Shown here: positions 49,573 to 58,388 of the stretch, piece after piece | How positions within the stretch are numbered: position 1 is the stretch's first letter | Layout of the letters: each line of letters begins with the position of its first letter | Source: Chloroflexota bacterium | GTDB lineage: Bacteria; Chloroflexota; UBA11872; VXOZ01 | Length of the DNA: 64,000 nt | Direction: 5' to 3' | NCBI GenBank assembly: GCA_965221905.1 | Contig: OZ244922.1 | Coordinates: 2,336,001-2,400,000, forward strand | Program-made: the position numbers and the translations under genes | Notes under the pieces: generated by a model | What the model saw: the letters and a program-made list of their open reading frames with translations, nothing else | The model's database searches: none | What the model was told of the DNA's origin: nothing

Positions 49573-49866
49573 CTAGGAAAACGGAATGAACTCAATCTGC
49601 CGGTCGTAGATCTCAATCTCCAGCGGCAAGCCCGTGATGTAGTCCGTTACCTTGTCGAGCATTGCGTTGGCATGACGCGTATCAGTGCTCACGCAGGTAA
49701 TGCCGATAACACACGATCCCCAAACGTCCTGATCCGCGACTTCGGCAACGGCCACGTTAAAGCGCGCTCGCGTGCGGTCGACAATGCTTCTTACCACACG
49801 GCGTTTCTCCTTAAGGGAGTCGCTGGCGTAAAGCTGAAAGGTGAGTTGACAGACGCCAATAATCAT
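49573..49866 (-). CDS. DUF503 (YlxP-like) protein
   Basis: MIIG....L....SLKEKR.VV......R.RFNVAVAEV..QD.W. Confidence 0.9.
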   Translation of the reverse strand: MIIGVCQLTFQLYASDSLKEKRRVVRSIVDRTRARFNVAVAEVADQDVWGSCVIGITCVSTDTRHANAMLDKVTDYITGLPLEIEIYDRQIEFIPFS

Positions 49867-49936
49867 GCGGAAGAGTAGATTGTACTGGGCGCGCGCGCGA
49901 GACACGCACCGGCAATTTGGTTACAGAAAACGGGGG

Positions 49937-50010
49937 TCGGGGTGCCCGGATTTGAACCGGGGGCCTCATGGACCCAAACCATGCGCGCTACCAGGCTGCG
50001 CCACACCCCG
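49937..50010 (-). tRNA. tRNA-Pro (anticodon UGG)
   Basis: Reverse complement CGGGGTG-TGGCGCAGCCTGGTAGCGCG-CATGG TT TGG GT CCATG-AGGCC-CCCGG TTCAAAT CCGGG-CACCCCG-A; CCA is not encoded. Confidence 0.96.
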
Positions 50011-50205
50011 TGCGGAAAGTACTCAATCCATTGTATGCAGTCGCAGAGTCACGGGTCAACCTTGATCCAACCTGATCGCAAGGCCTAGCCCTGTTTTGGG
50101 TATGTCCGGCCCACCCAAAGAACTATCATTGACCTAGGCGCTCTGTTGGGACATTGGACAGTACGGACAGACATTCGGTGCGTAGCTATCATGCTGACGC
50201 ACTGC

Positions 50206-50242
50206 AAAAAGAAGAGGCGCAGGTGTCAGACCTGCGCCTCTT
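50206..50242 (-). terminator. Intrinsic terminator after SBP 3
   Basis: Stem AAGAGGCGCAGG/CCTGCGCCTCTT followed by a T run on the minus strand. Confidence 0.8.
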
Positions 50243-50260
50243 TGCCACTAAGGACTAGCC

Positions 50261-51664
50261 TTAAGAGCTCATTGCACTATCGAGTTCGGCCTGCTGGGTC
50301 GTCGCGAGCGTCTTCATTGCCTCTTCGGCAGTGATCTGCTCTTGCAGGACCAGTGTGGAGGCTTCGTTGAAAGCGCTGCGATAGTCGCTGGCCGTCGCGA
50401 TGGGCGGCCAGTAGGTCTCGCCCTTCTCGGCCAGCGCCAAGAAGACGTCAACATACGGCACAATGCGATTGTCCGCACCTACCTTCGCGATATAGCCTTC
50501 CTTAAACTCGTCCAACTGGGCAATCACGCACGGGCCGTTGAGGGTCTCGTAGCCCATCTTGCCGGAGTTATCGATGAACATCCACTCGTCAAATGCCCAC
50601 GCCTCATCCGGATGTGAGGCGTTTACCGGAATGGCATACATCCAGCCCTGCACTGAATTAAAGCGGATGCCCGCTTCTGCGCCCTCGACCGTCGGAGGCA
50701 GGCCAATACCATAGGGCAAGCCCTCCCCGTTGGCATCAATGCGGTCCTGTGCCCAGAAGCCACTAGAGAAGAAGGCCAGGTTGCCGGTGTACCACCCATA
50801 GGCCGCATTGTAGTAGTTGGTCGCCTCACCGTGGAATTCGGTGATAGCCTCGTAGCCGCCCTGCTTCTTGGTTAAATCAGTTAGCCAATTGAGCGACTCG
50901 ATGATGGCGGGATCATCCGGCGTCACCTTGCCGGTATCGTAGTTGTAGAATTCACCGCCAAAGAGGAAGCCAAGACGCGTGCGGCCCATGCTCCGCCAGT
51001 TCCAACCCAGGTGGCTAATCTTGCCACCTTGATTGCGATGGAGTTTGAGCGAGATCGCCTCCGTATCCTCAAAGTTGCTAAGCGGCACTTCCGGATCTTC
51101 GCCGAACGCAAGGTACATGTCCTTGTTCCAGAAGTAGACCACCCAGTCCGCGCCGCCCGGCACCGCGTAGAGCTGGCCATTGAGGGAGCTATCATCCCAC
51201 ATGGCCTTGGTAAACTCCTCACGAGTGTGACCGGACGCCTTCATGTACTCATCCAATGGGCGAATGAGCTGATTGAACATAAACGGCCCTTGGAACACCC
51301 AGTTGGTGTAGTGGGTGTCCGGCGGCGAACCGGCTGCGATAGATGCAATCAGCTTCACTTCGATGTCTTTGATGAACTGCCAGTCCAGCTTGATGCCGGT
51401 ATCGGCCTCGAAGGCCGGCCCGTAGGCGCCCATAATCGTGGAGTACGGCTCGCCCCAAGCGGCGTTCCAAGCCACAACCGTGACTTGCTCCTTCTCCGGC
51501 ATAGCCGTAGGCTCGGCCTTTGGAGCCTCAGCCTCCTCCATCTTATCTTCAGCCGGCGCCATCGCTTGCGGCGTTCCACAGGCCGCCAGCACGACAGCGG
51601 CCGTGCCACCGGCAGCCATTGCGAGGAAGCTACGGCGAGTGACGTCAACATCAAATTTTCGCAT
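50261..51664 (-). CDS. ABC transporter solute-binding lipoprotein (family 1), third orphan
   Basis: TRRSFL Tat motif, LAAC lipobox, IAAGSPPD, GQLYAVP, WNKDM. Confidence 0.9.
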   Translation of the reverse strand: MRKFDVDVTRRSFLAMAAGGTAAVVLAACGTPQAMAPAEDKMEEAEAPKAEPTAMPEKEQVTVVAWNAAWGEPYSTIMGAYGPAFEADTGIKLDWQFIKDIEVKLIASIAAGSPPDTHYTNWVFQGPFMFNQLIRPLDEYMKASGHTREEFTKAMWDDSSLNGQLYAVPGGADWVVYFWNKDMYLAFGEDPEVPLSNFEDTEAISLKLHRNQGGKISHLGWNWRSMGRTRLGFLFGGEFYNYDTGKVTPDDPAIIESLNWLTDLTKKQGGYEAITEFHGEATNYYNAAYGWYTGNLAFFSSGFWAQDRIDANGEGLPYGIGLPPTVEGAEAGIRFNSVQGWMYAIPVNASHPDEAWAFDEWMFIDNSGKMGYETLNGPCVIAQLDEFKEGYIAKVGADNRIVPYVDVFLALAEKGETYWPPIATASDYRSAFNEASTLVLQEQITAEEAMKTLATTQQAELDSAMSS

Positions 51665-51751
51665 TAGGCTCTCTCCTTATCGAGATGCAATGCTGCTTAA
51701 ACCGCTCACACCTGAAGCGAGCCCAGACTACAGACCCGCTTAGCTGGCGAT

Positions 51752-51780
51752 AGACTAGCACTTAGATTAATATCTGTCAA
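51752..51780 (-). promoter_or_regulatory. Putative sigma70 promoter of SBP 3
   Basis: Minus strand TTGACA-17-TAGTCT. Confidence 0.55.
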
Positions 51781-52015
51781 CTCGAATCTCTAGTCTCCAG
51801 ACGCCCTCCCAAATTTGACTTCCACCGCTTTGACTAAACCCATTTAGAGTCAAACTGGAGAGTCATGCGGCTCTAGCCCGTTTGCAAATCGTGAAAGTCG
51901 CATACGCGACGGTGTTGCGCCAGCCTTCGCTTTCCACTCTCTTGCTGTGTGTTTCTCCCCACCTGTCGCGCGGCTGCTATGATATAACAATGCCACGGAT
52001 TCTACGCCTGGAGGT

Positions 52016-54001
52016 ATGACTGTGTCGCGCGCACTGACAATCGGCAATGGCAGCATGCTCATCAATTTCGATGAGCACTATCGCATACGCGATCTCTACT
52101 ATCCGAATGTCGGCGCAGACAATCACTTGTCGGCGCGGCCCTCACGCGTCGGCGTTTGGGTTGCCGATCAGTTTTCCTGGCTCGGCGACGCCGGCTGGGA
52201 AACCACTCCAGGGTATGCAGAGTACTCCCTGGTTACCCATGCAAAGGCAGTCCACCCTCTTCTCAATGTCGAGATTCAATTCACAGACTGCCTCGACTTT
52301 GTGCGAGACTTGCTGCTGCGGAAGCTCCACGTTAAGAACACGGCCGATGTGGCACGGGAAGTCCGCATCTACTTCCACTACGAGTGGGGCCTCGGGGGCG
52401 GCGATGTTGGAGACACCGTTTTCTATCACCCCCCTACCCAGGCGCTGATTGCCTACAAGGGGCAACGGTTCTTCTTGATGAACGTCATGACCGGCGACAA
52501 AACCGGACTCAGCGATTGGGCAACAGGTGTCTATTCTGCCGAGGGGGCCCAAGGGTCCTGGCAAGACGCTGAAGACGGCTGGCTTTCGCAAAACGCGGTC
52601 TCTCGCGGCGACGTTGACTGCGTGGGGATGCTCTCGCTGGGTGAACTCGCGCCCGGAGAAGCGCGCATTGGCTACCACTGGGTGGCCGCAGACACGAACC
52701 TCGACGCCGTGCTGGCGGACAATCGGCTGATCCGTTTCCGTACGCCGGATAGCTTTATCGACCGTACTCAAGAATACTGGTCGTTCTGGGTGCGCAAGCA
52801 CCGCACGCCGCAGCCGGAAATTCCGCAGGACATTTGGGACCTCTACCACCGGAGCCTGCTAACTTTGCGCACTCAGGTGGACAATTCCGGCGCCATCATC
52901 GCGGGAAACGACCCCGATATCGCCCGCGAAACTGGAGATACATACAGCTACCTCTTTCCACGAGTGGGAGCAATTGCCGCAGTAGCGCTAGACCGGGCTG
53001 GGTATACAGACCTCACGCGCCAATTCTATACCTTCTGCAGCCAACTTCCCTCGCCTGACGGGTTCCTCTTCTCAAAGTACACCCCTTTCGGCGCAGTAGG
53101 GAGCCTGGATCATCCCTGGGTGGACCCCGATGGCAAAGAAACCCTGCCTGTCGCGGCTGACAATACGGCGATGTTGCTTTGGGCGCTTGGAGAGCACTTT
53201 GGTCTTGACCGTGACTTCGATTTCGTGCGGTCGCTCTACACCGATCTCGTGCAACCGGCGCTTGACTTTCTGCTTAGTCATCGCAATCCCGATAACGGAC
53301 TGCCGCTGCCTTCGTTCGACCTGTGGGAGGAGACCTACGGCCTGCACGCTTACACACTGGCAGCCACGTGGGCCGGTCTGCGCGCGGCCTGCACCTTCAC
53401 CGCCGCATTTGGGCAGCCGGAACTCACAGGCGCCGCCCAGGAAGCAGCGACCCAGATACGCCGTCTGTTCGATTCTATGTTCTACGACAAAGACACCGGA
53501 CGTTACGTCACCCGCCTTCGCATTCATGGGACTCGTGAGCCAATCCCGGACCCAACTATTGATGCGAGTGTCGCCGGCCTCTTCCTGTTCGGCATGATTT
53601 CTCCCGAGGATGAGCGCATGCAGCGCACCATGGCTGCCGTCCGTCAGCAACTATGGTGCCATACGGAAGTTGGGGGCCTTGCGCGTGCGGAGAACGATCA
53701 GTTCCTCCAGGTCAGCACAGATATTGGCAACGTGCCTGGAAACCCCTGGGTCGTGACCACTATGTGGCTCTGCCGGTGGCACATTGCGCGCGCGCGGTGC
53801 CTGGAAGATCTCAAGCCCGCGGAAGAGCTGCTCCGGTGGGCGCATCGCCATGCCCTCTCCACCGGCATGCTCGCAGAGCAATTTCACCCCTACACGCATG
53901 CCCCACTCTCCGTGAATCCATATACATGGAGCCACGCGGAGTTTCTGTTGGCGGTGCAAGCGTACGTCCAGCGCCACAGGGAGATCGCAGGCCGCGCCTA
54001 A
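52016..54001 (+). CDS. Glycoside hydrolase family 15 (glucoamylase-like), divergent
   Basis: IGNG.MLINFD...RDLYYP.VG, RSLL.LRT..DN.GAIIA, DLWEE, LAEQ, WSHAEF. Confidence 0.88.
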   Translation: MTVSRALTIGNGSMLINFDEHYRIRDLYYPNVGADNHLSARPSRVGVWVADQFSWLGDAGWETTPGYAEYSLVTHAKAVHPLLNVEIQFTDCLDFVRDLLLRKLHVKNTADVAREVRIYFHYEWGLGGGDVGDTVFYHPPTQALIAYKGQRFFLMNVMTGDKTGLSDWATGVYSAEGAQGSWQDAEDGWLSQNAVSRGDVDCVGMLSLGELAPGEARIGYHWVAADTNLDAVLADNRLIRFRTPDSFIDRTQEYWSFWVRKHRTPQPEIPQDIWDLYHRSLLTLRTQVDNSGAIIAGNDPDIARETGDTYSYLFPRVGAIAAVALDRAGYTDLTRQFYTFCSQLPSPDGFLFSKYTPFGAVGSLDHPWVDPDGKETLPVAADNTAMLLWALGEHFGLDRDFDFVRSLYTDLVQPALDFLLSHRNPDNGLPLPSFDLWEETYGLHAYTLAATWAGLRAACTFTAAFGQPELTGAAQEAATQIRRLFDSMFYDKDTGRYVTRLRIHGTREPIPDPTIDASVAGLFLFGMISPEDERMQRTMAAVRQQLWCHTEVGGLARAENDQFLQVSTDIGNVPGNPWVVTTMWLCRWHIARARCLEDLKPAEELLRWAHRHALSTGMLAEQFHPYTHAPLSVNPYTWSHAEFLLAVQAYVQRHREIAGRA

Positions 54002-54042
54002 GTGGCGCCGCTGAGACCAGCTCTAGATTGCAGCCGAGGGTG

Positions 54043-56031
54043 TCACTCGCCCGTGACCAGCTCGAGTCGAATGGTGAAGTGGGCAACTTCAGTAGTTACC
54101 GGCGTGGCGCCGCTTACGATGAGGGTGGCGCTCTGCAACTCTTGGCCGAAGTGACCGAGCAAGAACGATACGTCCACCTCATCTTGCCCCCGCACCATGA
54201 CGCGCTCCACTAAAGGCATACCGTCTACATAGCGCACGAGTTGCACGATGAAATACTGGGGCAGTATACCGTCGGTGCGGAAGAAACCTCTTGCTTCCCA
54301 ATCGCCGTCGGTTTCGGCGTCATCGCTAAAGCCGATCCCGCTAATCGAGATGTCATCCACCAGGAAGCCCACGCTATTGAAGGCGTCGTCGGTGACATAT
54401 TCGAAGCGGAGTAGAATTTGCTTGCCCGCATAGTCCGCAAGGTTCACCTCTTCCTCTATCCACCGCGCAACCTCTCCTCCTCCGCTCTTGCCAGTAAGGC
54501 CGTTGCCCAGGTTATTGCCATTTGGATTGTCTGTGGTTGTGCTGGTGCCGAGCAGAGTCGACCACGTCTCTCCACCGTCGGTTGAAGCCGCGACGAACGC
54601 GTAATCGAAATCCGATTCGATGTCATACCATGTCATGAACCGCAACACCGGGCCTTCGGTATCCCGCAAATCTACGGCTCGCGTCAGTGAAGTGGCCGCC
54701 ATGTCAGAGCGATTACCCCACCAAACGTGCGTGCCGCTGGAGGCAGTAGTGGGGAAGAGGCTTACCAGCCGCGAGCCTTCAAACTCCGCCCTGTAGTCTC
54801 CTTGCGGCATTCGGAGCGTTACATATTTGGCGCCAAATTGCCTTACCGTGAGGTCTCTATTGAAGGTGCCGCTGCGTACAACCTGATGGGGACGCATGCG
54901 GGGCAGGCGGACGTCGTAGTAGTAGGCGCCATCAGCGACACCTTCATCGTCTATGAGATTAGCCGCCGTCCAATCCGCAAAAACATCGTCAAAATCCGCC
55001 GCGTATCCTTCGCGCGCCAGGTAAGTATCAATTGAGTCCTGTCCGCGAACGGGCAGGGAGATTAGTGTTTTTAATTTCTCGTGACCGCCGTAGTGTTGCG
55101 CAAAGTATTCCATGAAGAGATACGCCGCCGCATAGTGTGGCAACGCAGTACTCGGCTCGTCGCTCCACGATGTAAGCTGCACGTCCGCGTTCTCGGTGTA
55201 CCACGACGCGATGTCGCCCAGACTGTAGCCGCACAAGACCGATGCGACCATAGAGGCGCCTTCATTGAGCCAGGTCTCCTGGGTTGCGTTTTGGTTCCAA
55301 TGCACCATGTGCTGGAATTCATGGCAGAGCGTAGACAAGTAGAAATCGGTTCCAGGACCGTATTCCTGTCTGTCCACATTTATGTAGAACATCTCCCGTT
55401 CATTACTGAAGGGATTGACTACGTTCGGATATTCGTCCGCTGAGGAGTAGTAGCCCCCCACGCCTGGGATGCGAGCATTGAGTACCGTGATCCTCGGGTC
55501 ATTGTCAACGCCTGGACTCAATTCTTCCCCGTAATGCCTCCGAATAGTAGGGTAAATCACTTTCTCGAATTCGCGGATGGTCCTGTCTATTCCGGACTGA
55601 GGAAGGTCTAGATCTTCTTCAACGTACATGTAGAGATGCTCAGACTTGCCGCGCAGCACGGCCCTGATCTGGTAGTAGTTCTTATTCTCATCGTCCGCAA
55701 CCCAGAAGGTCTGCACACTTTCCAGTGCGTAATCAGGCGTTTCAGCATTCACCACACGATCGACGCTTTGCGTGATTCCCTTATAGCGCCTACCAAGGTC
55801 GAAGAGATCTCGTTGGGGTTTATCCGTCGCGAGAAGACGTTGAAGCGTTTGCTCCGCTTGCGCGTAAGATCCGACGGGCTGCGAAGTATCTACAGGGCCC
55901 TCTATGCGAGGAACGGTCTGGGCGCACGCGGCAGCGAGGAGGATTATGAGCAGCAGCAGCAGCAGAACCCGCAAAGACGAATAGCGGCGGGCCGTTGGAC
56001 TCTGAGATTCGTTAGTCCTGGGAATTTTCAT
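54043..56031 (-). CDS. Immune inhibitor A-like (M6/M30-type) zinc metalloprotease lipoprotein
   Basis: Lipobox LAAAC, HEFQH zinc motif, WLNEG, C-terminal WYDIE..DYA and LRFEYVTD InhA-like domain. Confidence 0.85.
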   Translation of the reverse strand: MKIPRTNESQSPTARRYSSLRVLLLLLLIILLAAACAQTVPRIEGPVDTSQPVGSYAQAEQTLQRLLATDKPQRDLFDLGRRYKGITQSVDRVVNAETPDYALESVQTFWVADDENKNYYQIRAVLRGKSEHLYMYVEEDLDLPQSGIDRTIREFEKVIYPTIRRHYGEELSPGVDNDPRITVLNARIPGVGGYYSSADEYPNVVNPFSNEREMFYINVDRQEYGPGTDFYLSTLCHEFQHMVHWNQNATQETWLNEGASMVASVLCGYSLGDIASWYTENADVQLTSWSDEPSTALPHYAAAYLFMEYFAQHYGGHEKLKTLISLPVRGQDSIDTYLAREGYAADFDDVFADWTAANLIDDEGVADGAYYYDVRLPRMRPHQVVRSGTFNRDLTVRQFGAKYVTLRMPQGDYRAEFEGSRLVSLFPTTASSGTHVWWGNRSDMAATSLTRAVDLRDTEGPVLRFMTWYDIESDFDYAFVAASTDGGETWSTLLGTSTTTDNPNGNNLGNGLTGKSGGGEVARWIEEEVNLADYAGKQILLRFEYVTDDAFNSVGFLVDDISISGIGFSDDAETDGDWEARGFFRTDGILPQYFIVQLVRYVDGMPLVERVMVRGQDEVDVSFLLGHFGQELQSATLIVSGATPVTTEVAHFTIRLELVTGE

Positions 56032-56896
56032 CTGATTCAGGCTGCTCGGCGGGAGGTGTGCCCGCGAGCTCCGCGTAACGCTGGGTCGAACTCGCACTCG
56101 TGTGGCCAAGCATCGACCGGACGCGCTGCAAGGGCACACTACCTTCGAGGGCATGCGCGGCAAAGGTGTGGCGCAAGGTCTGCGGTGTAACCTCGGGTAG
56201 TCGAGCCGCGCGGGCATAGCCCTTCAAGATAAGCCAAAAGCCCTGGCGGGTGAGTCGCTGACCGCGATGGTTGAGGTAAAGCGCATCGCCTGAACGCGAT
56301 GTCTGCAACTGCGGGCGGCTTTCCGCGAGGTATTGATCGACCGCCACCATGCACGCCTCATTTAATGGCACCACTGACTGCTTATTGCGCGAGCGCAAAT
56401 TCAGTTGCTGGCTTTCTCTGCCCACGTCACCAATGTCAACTCCAAGCGCTTCGGTGATGCGAATGCCGGTGCTATATAGGAGATGCAGAATACTCCGATC
56501 GCGGAGGGCTTCCGGGGAAGTCTTCTCCTCTGCCGCGGCAAAGAGGGCTTTGACTTGATCGTGGGTAAGAACCGTAGGCGCCATGCGTTCGACGTGAGTA
56601 CCGACGATGTCCTGGGTGGGATTCTCGTCAACGATGCCTTGCTCACAGAGGTAGCGATAGAATGACCGCACGGCGGCCACCTTGCGGGCGCGCGTGGAAG
56701 AGCTGTAGCCGCGATCCATAAGATTCTGCACAAATGCTCCTATCCAAGCCTTATCCACCTGCCAGTCTTGCGCACCTTGTTCGCGGAGGAATTTTGTCAA
56801 TTGTGTTAGATCGTTTTTATATGCCGCACGTGTGTTTGCCGACAGCTCACGCTGCTGTGTGATGTGATCGAGGAAAGCAGCAACAGACTCTTCCAT
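56012..56896 (-). CDS. xerD: Tyrosine recombinase XerD-like
   Basis: SANT..AYKNDL, ARK.AAVRSF, RD.SIL.LLYSTGIR, RLTRQGFW, TLRH.FA, LGH, STQRY. Confidence 0.88.
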   Translation of the reverse strand: MEESVAAFLDHITQQRELSANTRAAYKNDLTQLTKFLREQGAQDWQVDKAWIGAFVQNLMDRGYSSSTRARKVAAVRSFYRYLCEQGIVDENPTQDIVGTHVERMAPTVLTHDQVKALFAAAEEKTSPEALRDRSILHLLYSTGIRITEALGVDIGDVGRESQQLNLRSRNKQSVVPLNEACMVAVDQYLAESRPQLQTSRSGDALYLNHRGQRLTRQGFWLILKGYARAARLPEVTPQTLRHTFAAHALEGSVPLQRVRSMLGHTSASSTQRYAELAGTPPAEQPESDENSQD

Positions 56897-57103
56897 TACA
56901 ACCCTTTTACATAACGAGTTTTGAGCTTCAATTCCCCGCTGCTCCAGATGTAAGAACATGATGCTGACACAGGGAACGTGCGCAATTCTTCCAGTTCAAT
57001 CTATGTTCTCATCGCACTTCGAACGAATGAGGCAAATGCGGTACATTTCATTATTCTAGGAAGTTATGCCTTGCCGCATTATACCTGTGGAATGCCCAGC
57101 GGG

Positions 57104-57775
57104 CTACTCCACGTCCTCGGGCCAGCCATGCGCGCCTACCAGTGGAACGAAGCGCACGGCACCGAAATCCCGCTGCCGCACACCGCCGTCCTCATTCTGC
57201 AAGAGCAGGAGTGTCTGTCTCTCGCGATCTCCGACGGGTATCACACACCGGCCGCCCTTAGCCAGTTGATCTAGAAACGGTTCCGGGGTGCATGGCGCCC
57301 CCGCAGAAACAACAATGGCGTCATATGGCGCGCTATCCGGCCATCCTTCCGTACCGTCAGCGACGTGAATGTCATGGTTCATGCATCCTAGAGCGCGTAG
57401 ACGGCGTTCTGCAACCTGCGCGAGTGACGCAAAACGCTCCACAGATACGATAGATCGTGCCAAACAGCAAAGAATAGCCGTCTGATAGCCGGAACCGGTG
57501 CCGATTTCTAGAACGTGTTCTCTTCCTGTAAGCGACAGAGCTTCGGTCATGAGGGCCACGACGTAAGGCTGGGAAATCGTCTGACCCTCTCCAATGGGCA
57601 GAGGGTTGTCCCGGTAAGCTTCGGAGCGCAGACTACCGTCTACGAATTGCTCGCGTGGAATCTCGCCAATTGCATTGAGAATACGGGAATCGCGAATCCC
57701 CTTTCTACGCAGTGAGGACGTCAAACGGACCCGCTGCAGCGTGGTGGATTCTGCCGCACTTTCGCGCCCATCCAC
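57104..57775 (-). CDS. pcm: Protein-L-isoaspartate O-methyltransferase
   Basis: PREQFV, AYRDNPLPIGEGQTISQPY, VLEIGTGSGYQ, APYDAI, RFVPLVG; start approximate. Confidence 0.96.
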   Translation of the reverse strand: MDGRESAAESTTLQRVRLTSSLRRKGIRDSRILNAIGEIPREQFVDGSLRSEAYRDNPLPIGEGQTISQPYVVALMTEALSLTGREHVLEIGTGSGYQTAILCCLARSIVSVERFASLAQVAERRLRALGCMNHDIHVADGTEGWPDSAPYDAIVVSAGAPCTPEPFLDQLAKGGRCVIPVGDRERQTLLLLQNEDGGVRQRDFGAVRFVPLVGAHGWPEDVE

Positions 57776-57777
57776 AA

Positions 57778-58335
57778 CTAACCCTTTTTGTACGTCACCT
57801 CTTCTCCCGTGCCAATTGGCACGAGAACACTCACGCAATTGGGGTGACTTCGCACTTTGCTAAAGTATTCTGCCATGTTCTCGCCATGGGATACTGCATT
57901 GTCCGCCACAATGACACCCCCGGGAGAGAGGCGGGGATAGATCAGATCAAAGTACGCCGCATAGTCCTCTTTGGCCGCATCGAGAAAGACGAGATCATAG
58001 GGTCCGGCGAGGGTGGCCAAGGTCTGCTTTCCGTCACCCTGAATCACCGTGATGACGTCCGACAAGCCGGCCTTGGCAAAATTGGCTTCGGCTACCGCGA
58101 CTTTTTCGGCTTCGAGTTCCAGGGTGGTAATGCGTGCCCCAACTGCGCGCGCCGCCAGTCCGATCCAGATAGTGGAGTATCCATGAAACATGCCAATCTC
58201 AAGTATGCGCTTGGGTTTCGCCATATGGACCAGCACGTGGAGAAATCTACCTGTATCAGGCGGAACGCTAATTCTCACTTGGCCCCATTCCTCGGGCTGA
58301 TCCGATAGTGCCTGCAGTAGGTCAGCGTCTGCCAT
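57778..58335 (-). CDS. SAM-dependent O-methyltransferase (caffeoyl-CoA OMT/YrrM-like)
   Basis: ILEIG..GYSTIW, DLVFLDAAK..Y, GGVIVADN. Confidence 0.92.
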   Translation of the reverse strand: MADADLLQALSDQPEEWGQVRISVPPDTGRFLHVLVHMAKPKRILEIGMFHGYSTIWIGLAARAVGARITTLELEAEKVAVAEANFAKAGLSDVITVIQGDGKQTLATLAGPYDLVFLDAAKEDYAAYFDLIYPRLSPGGVIVADNAVSHGENMAEYFSKVRSHPNCVSVLVPIGTGEEVTYKKG

Positions 58336-58388
58336 ATTCTCCACGTTACCCTCCTCAGAGCGTGTCAAATAGTGCCAATATCGGAGCT

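Noticed and set aside
49937-56896. Integrative element at tRNA-Pro using the tyrosine recombinase
   Set aside because: I saw no duplicated tRNA 3' end, the recombinase looks like housekeeping XerD, and the intervening genes are not mobile-element cargo.
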